Part shown: in pieces, positions 59,440 through 64,000 of the stretch | How positions within the stretch are numbered: position 1 is the first letter of the stretch | Layout of the letters: every line of letters starts with the position of its first letter | NCBI GenBank assembly: GCA_965216295.1 | Contig: OZ244141.1 | Location: 161,819-225,818, forward strand | Length of the DNA stretch: 64,000 nucleotides | Reading direction: 5' to 3' | Source: Minisyncoccota bacterium | GTDB lineage: Bacteria; Patescibacteriota; Minisyncoccia; Phycocordibacterales; JABAAK01 | Translations under genes and position numbers: made by a program | Notes under the pieces: generated by a model | What the model was told of the DNA's origin: nothing | Database searches by the model: none | What the model saw: the letters and a program-made list of their open reading frames with translations, nothing else

Positions 59440-59826
59440 TTACAGTCGTTCACACACAGGTTGTCCTTGTGCATTAATCTTTCCGTTGTAGCGGTACCGT
59501 TGAGGGCACTGTACTTGAGATTGACTCTGTTGAGAAAATTGATAATTTTGTTGCTGATAACTACCATGTTGCTGATAACCTTGCGGTTGTTGCGACTGGT
59601 AATTATTGAGAGTGAAAAGACGACCTTTGATAATTATACCAGCTTGTCCGTTTCCCAAATCAACAATTTGTGTTTCCGATCTTTTTGGAAAAAACGAACC
59701 CACGACCTTGTTAAGCACAACGGCACCGAGCACGATTTTAAACGCATCTTTACCAGCCATGGCAGCAGTGCTAGAAAACGCTGTTACCGTGAATGCAAAC
59801 ATCGCAATAATGAAAAATCTTTTCAT
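59440..59826 (-). CDS. Small secreted protein, paralog of 58895-59245
   Basis: AGGAGG SD, TTGACT-17-TATCAT promoter, signal peptide MKRFFIIAM..., C-terminus CPQRYRYNGKINAQGQPVC. Confidence 0.75.
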   Translation of the reverse strand: MKRFFIIAMFAFTVTAFSSTAAMAGKDAFKIVLGAVVLNKVVGSFFPKRSETQIVDLGNGQAGIIIKGRLFTLNNYQSQQPQGYQQHGSYQQQNYQFSQQSQSQVQCPQRYRYNGKINAQGQPVCERL

Positions 59827-60148
59827 TAGACTTACCTCCTAAGGTTTATTGGGTTGGGACGAATGTCTCAACTACGAAAGTATGATACACTATATATATA
59901 TAAAAGTCAAGTGCCTGAGAAATATGGGTTTTGGCAAAAAAAAAGAACGACCAGGGGACACAATATCTATAAAGATACCATGTCACCCCAGTCATTCAAC
60001 ATAAAGTTCAATGCTATAGAGATTCCAACACAAAAATCCAAACCTTATGCACTTTCTCATGCAATACGATAAATCGGTGTCCATTATAGTCACAATCGTT
60101 CATATCAGAGAAAATGATAACAAAGCATCTTTAAAAGACACTCTCCCA

Positions 60149-61177
60149 TCAATGATATCCGTAAGGATAACTACGGGTAGCATGTTGACGATAGCCACTA
60201 CGAATCACAGCCAAGGGAGCCTGGTGAAAAAGATAGCGTTGTCCAACAACAGGAGAAGCATACAACAAAGGTGTGGCAGATTGGTGATTAACCATTCCCA
60301 CTACAGCCTTTGGTGATTCCACAGGAGGCTGGTACTGGTATACCGTTCCCACTACAGTCTTTGGTGATTTCACAACTCCTGCAACAAAATCGGATTGACC
60401 ACCTGGAGACCTTTTGTTAAACAATGTTTCCATTGTTTCATTGGTGTTAGCTATATTCTCAGCGTTCTTGATGAAACAAAAAAGTCCACCGGGATATGGT
60501 TGAGGTATTCCGAGATCTAAAACCATTTTACAGGCTTGCAGGGCACTCATATTTTTTATATGTCTCAGAAAATCTATGTTTCCCGAATAGATTTCTTTAA
60601 AGATTTCTTGAGTACAATTGAGAAAATCACGATCTTCTGTTTCCAGAAAACAATAACCCAAAATGTCCCCTTGATCTTTGGTGAGTTTAATATGTCCCTG
60701 AAGGTTAATTTCTTCAGTTTCCTCAACGTTGCCTTTGCCAGCACCGTCGCTCTGCTGCTGCTTGGCAATTTCAGCACAACGCTCAACAGTCGAACCCTTA
60801 CACTCTACTACCATACCCTCATTACCATAAAGATTCTTTAAGCTTGTTACAACAATACTATCATTGCCACCTTGTTTGGCAGCAGTTCCAGCGCTGTTAT
60901 CACAATCACCCCTTTCTTCAAAAGAGAGAGTGCCACCTTGATTATACTGATACACCAGACAATTTCTATCTGCATCTACTAGTATTTTGTCGAGCTCTTT
61001 TTTGCCGGGTGATGAATCTATTGTGTCAACGACAGATTCTACAACTGGTGTTTGAGGATTTCCGGAAGAACCCCCTTGAGCTCCAAAAGTAGGGGTAGCC
61101 GCCACAGCGGGTGTTACAGAAAAACTAATGAACAGCGCGGTAACAAGCACTGCACACAATAACTTATTTTCAATCAT
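60149..61177 (-). CDS. Secreted Cys-containing hypothetical protein
   Basis: AAGGAG SD, TTGACA-17-TACAAT promoter, signal peptide ending AVA, paired Cys. Confidence 0.72.
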   Translation of the reverse strand: MIENKLLCAVLVTALFISFSVTPAVAATPTFGAQGGSSGNPQTPVVESVVDTIDSSPGKKELDKILVDADRNCLVYQYNQGGTLSFEERGDCDNSAGTAAKQGGNDSIVVTSLKNLYGNEGMVVECKGSTVERCAEIAKQQQSDGAGKGNVEETEEINLQGHIKLTKDQGDILGYCFLETEDRDFLNCTQEIFKEIYSGNIDFLRHIKNMSALQACKMVLDLGIPQPYPGGLFCFIKNAENIANTNETMETLFNKRSPGGQSDFVAGVVKSPKTVVGTVYQYQPPVESPKAVVGMVNHQSATPLLYASPVVGQRYLFHQAPLAVIRSGYRQHATRSYPYGYH

Positions 61178-61382
61178 CAGCAAAACTCCTTAGATTATGA
61201 AAAATTAAAAAACCCATACCGTATAAGCACAGGGCATACTAGAATTAGTACTAAAGTTAGAAAGTAGAAAACTATAATCTAATCTAATGACATTGTAATA
61301 CATAATAAAATATTTGTCAATAATCACTTATATAAAAAAAATAGAGGGTACGCTTGTATTTAGCGTACCCTCATAAAAAACT

Positions 61383-62450
61383 CTATCGTGTAGTTTGAAC
61401 GGTATCTGATGACACTGGCTTATCCTTCTTTTGGTCGGATTCTTCAGTATCTGTCGTAGTAGGCACATCCTGTTTTGAAGAAGGGTGTGCATCAGATTCA
61501 ATGACGTTCTCAACTACTGCTGACACTGGCTCATCCTTCTTTTGGTCGGATTCTTCAGTATCTGTCGTAGTAGGCACATCCTGTTTTGAAGAAGGGTGTG
61601 CATCAGATTCAATGACGTTCTCAACTACTGCTGACACTGGCTCATCCTTCTTTTGGTCGGATTCTTCAGTATCTGTCGTAGTAGGCACATCCTGTTTTGA
61701 AGAAGGGTGTGCATCAGATTCAATGACGTTCTCAGCTACTGCTGACACTGGCCCATCCTTCTTTTGGTCGGAATCCTGTGCCACTTCAGAAGACGAAACA
61801 TCACTCTGTATGTTCGATTCTTGAGCATCCTTATTGCTGGATGGATCTAGAGAGGGACCTTCTGGAGCGGATGATAATGATTTTCCCAATTGATCATATT
61901 CCAACTCTTTCCGAGATTCCCAGCACCTGCGACAAAACAGAACAATTAGAATAATGGCTACAATACCAATCAACCACAACAGCCAATCAAAAATGCTATC
62001 TGAGGTGGTTTTTTCCTCATTAAGGACACTATTATCGTCGTCTCCTTTTTCCATATTTCCTATTTCAACCACAACACCATCCTGAGAAGTGTTATTGTCA
62101 TTTAAGGCATTTATTATGGAAACAGCAGTTTCATCTGGGACTTCAACATCAGCGATAACACTCCTATCAAGAGTATAATCACCTTTTTCAGATATACCAC
62201 CTTCTTCTGATGGGGGTTGCGAGTCTCCAGCAGGTTTGTCAGTAGAAACATCAACAGCAGATGTATCACCCCCTGATGGGGATGGTACAACCTGAGGTTC
62301 AGTGGGAGCAGCGCCACTGAGCGCACGTATTATTTCAGATAATGTGTCTTCTGCTAGTGCCGTTGTATTGGCACCCACCATACACACAGTCATCACACTT
62401 ATAGTAACGGCGCTGAAAAAATTTACAAGGTTAATATGTTTTTTAAACAT
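61383..62450 (-). CDS. Acidic single-pass membrane protein with C-terminal tandem repeats
   Basis: AAGGAG SD, TTGACA-18-TATAAT promoter, signal peptide, TM WLLWLIGIVAIILIVLFC. Confidence 0.75.
   Translation of the reverse strand: MFKKHINLVNFFSAVTISVMTVCMVGANTTALAEDTLSEIIRALSGAAPTEPQVVPSPSGGDTSAVDVSTDKPAGDSQPPSEEGGISEKGDYTLDRSVIADVEVPDETAVSIINALNDNNTSQDGVVVEIGNMEKGDDDNSVLNEEKTTSDSIFDWLLWLIGIVAIILIVLFCRRCWESRKELEYDQLGKSLSSAPEGPSLDPSSNKDAQESNIQSDVSSSEVAQDSDQKKDGPVSAVAENVIESDAHPSSKQDVPTTTDTEESDQKKDEPVSAVVENVIESDAHPSSKQDVPTTTDTEESDQKKDEPVSAVVENVIESDAHPSSKQDVPTTTDTEESDQKKDKPVSSDTVQTTR
61410..61772. repeat. 111-bp tandem repeat, ~3.3 copies (37 aa)
   Basis: tgacactggc recurs at 61410, 61521, 61632 and 61743. 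Confidence 0.92.
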
Positions 62451-62633
62451 TCAAAAACTCTCCTTATCTGTATCCTTAGGTATACCCAAAGAATACGTAA
62501 AAAATGAAATTACAAAAAGTAATCTCAAACCATATCACTGATAGACATTATAGCGTTAAATATACATGTATGTCAATAAATAGTAACCCCAAGACAATAA
62601 AGTCTTGGGGTACATTTGTTAATTTGTGTATTA

Positions 62634-63128
62634 TCACAAATCTGATTTTAAGTCATTTAAGAGCTTATCATATACAACACTCTCAGTCTTCCGCACCTTA
62701 TCATCATTATTATTATGTGTCACTACAGAAGTGGTGTTGCTGGAACTAGGATAAGAATGGTGAATGTTTTGACACACCATTTCAACATCACCCAATTTCT
62801 TTTCTATCCTTATCTTCTTAAGATTATCACACACAGGCGTGATATGTTTAAATAATGAAAACAGTGATTCTGCGGAACTCGCTGACTTCTTACAAGAAAC
62901 GCTGTCACCACCTCGACACCCCAGTGCTTCAAAAGAAACTCCAGTTCTAGTTACACGGGCAGAAATACTCATCTGAAGATTTTGTTGCGCTTGATATTCA
63001 AGAGCTTTTTCCGTGCATTCTTCCTCATTCAACCCCATAGTTTTGCAATCGATGACACGAACTTGTGCCTTTACAAAACCAGAGAAAATCAACAAAGAGA
63101 GAAACGTAATAATATAACCGTATTTCAT
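62634..63128 (-). CDS. Small secreted Cys-containing protein
   Basis: GGAGG SD before MKYGYII..., TTGACA-17-TATACT promoter, six Cys, downstream hairpin 62585-62612. Confidence 0.7.
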   Translation of the reverse strand: MKYGYIITFLSLLIFSGFVKAQVRVIDCKTMGLNEEECTEKALEYQAQQNLQMSISARVTRTGVSFEALGCRGGDSVSCKKSASSAESLFSLFKHITPVCDNLKKIRIEKKLGDVEMVCQNIHHSYPSSSNTTSVVTHNNNDDKVRKTESVVYDKLLNDLKSDL

Positions 63129-63392
63129 GTTTTTACCTCCATATATAGCAAAAATGAAACAACACATTTCAAACAAAACATGTCGTGGGTCTGGGTTCTT
63201 GTTATAATAAAGCAAAAATCCAATATGTAGTATAGTGTAATTATTCTAATTTGTCAAACAATCTATAATCATTCAGGAAAGATAAAAATCCCCCGCTTCC
63301 ATCTAAATGAAAGCGGGAAAACATTGCTTCTTAAAACAATCTGTCAAAATCATTCAACAAAATCTCAAAATTACCCCGTGTTCTTGTTTTAG

Positions 63393-63848
63393 TTATTTTT
63401 TAAGTTTGCGAATAATTTCTGGGTTTTTGTTTGTCGATGAAGACGATTGGGGTGGTAGTTTTTTCATACATTTTATGATTTTTTTTGTGCCAGCGACATT
63501 ATAATTTTTGCCATGTTCACAAGACCCATAATTAATGCCAATACGATCGTTGGGATTCATAAGAGATTTCACTACGTCAGTGCAATTGTTTTGACTTCCG
63601 CCTTCACAAAACTCCAATTCAATTTCAGAATTAAGAACACCGCGATTATTCTTGAAATTTTTCAAGCTACCCGCTGCTTGAGGGGGTGCCGGATTTGAAA
63701 CTTTTTGTTCTAAAATTGGTTTCGGATCTTCAGAATCAATAAAAAGAAAGTAGTAAAAACTACCACATCCCATCAACCCAAAAGAAAACAATATAAGAAG
63801 AAAATACAGTACAATACTGTTGTTTTCTCCACGAATTAAGTTGTTCAT
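63393..63848 (-). CDS. Membrane-anchored Cys-containing hypothetical protein
   Basis: AAGGAGG SD, N-terminal hydrophobic segment, terminator hairpin at 63285-63320. Confidence 0.68.
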   Translation of the reverse strand: MNNLIRGENNSIVLYFLLILFSFGLMGCGSFYYFLFIDSEDPKPILEQKVSNPAPPQAAGSLKNFKNNRGVLNSEIELEFCEGGSQNNCTDVVKSLMNPNDRIGINYGSCEHGKNYNVAGTKKIIKCMKKLPPQSSSSTNKNPEIIRKLKK

Positions 63849-64000
63849 ATGAACTCCTCCTTAAAAAGTAAATCACAAATTAAAATTTATGACACACAAC
63901 AAATGAATGGACACTAAAAGACATCTCATTTAATAAAAAGAAAGTAGTAAAAACTACCACAAAATCTTTTCAAAAAAAATGTACCTCAAACTCTCCAAAG

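Noticed and set aside
58835-63870. Integron cassette array or prophage
   Set aside because: No repeated attC-like sites, integrase or phage hallmark genes were seen, and the genes carry their own promoters.

Overview
This is a 64-kb chromosomal window from a Patescibacteria (CPR) genome, most likely Parcubacteria. The evidence is the absence of rpmD/L30 in the spc cluster, no rplA next to rplK or rplJ, a Parcubacteria-type L28 and a large surface protein with a peptidoglycan-binding-like N-terminus. Most of the window is housekeeping: recJ, split comEC, str/S10/spc ribosomal protein clusters, secY-adk-map, ndk, infC-rpmI-rplT, dsbA x2-ccdA, secE-nusG-rplK, argS, ileS, recO, metG, rpsF-ssb-rpsR, efp, recA, ftsK and rplJ-rplL. 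The most striking unexplained feature is a ~2.6-kb non-coding region (41.07-43.70 kb). It holds a tandem array of five cassettes, each made of a sigma70 promoter, a variable 230-400 nt highly base-paired RNA body and an intrinsic terminator, joined by a conserved ~105-bp linker. Two solitary elements with the same architecture lie at 41.1 kb and 49.4 kb. fusA is inverted inside the str operon between 8-bp inverted repeats. Secreted accessory genes (4.3-7.9 kb, 58.9-63.8 kb) are monocistronic cassettes with -35/-10 promoters and strong Shine-Dalgarno (SD) sites, whereas most core genes lack SD and look near-leaderless. Other points are a divergent subtilase and its deletion paralog, Cys-motif fibre-like adhesins, a histidine-phosphatase domain inside IleRS and a doubly frameshifted rplD. 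All calls come from manual reading of the sequence; no searches or folding programs were run.
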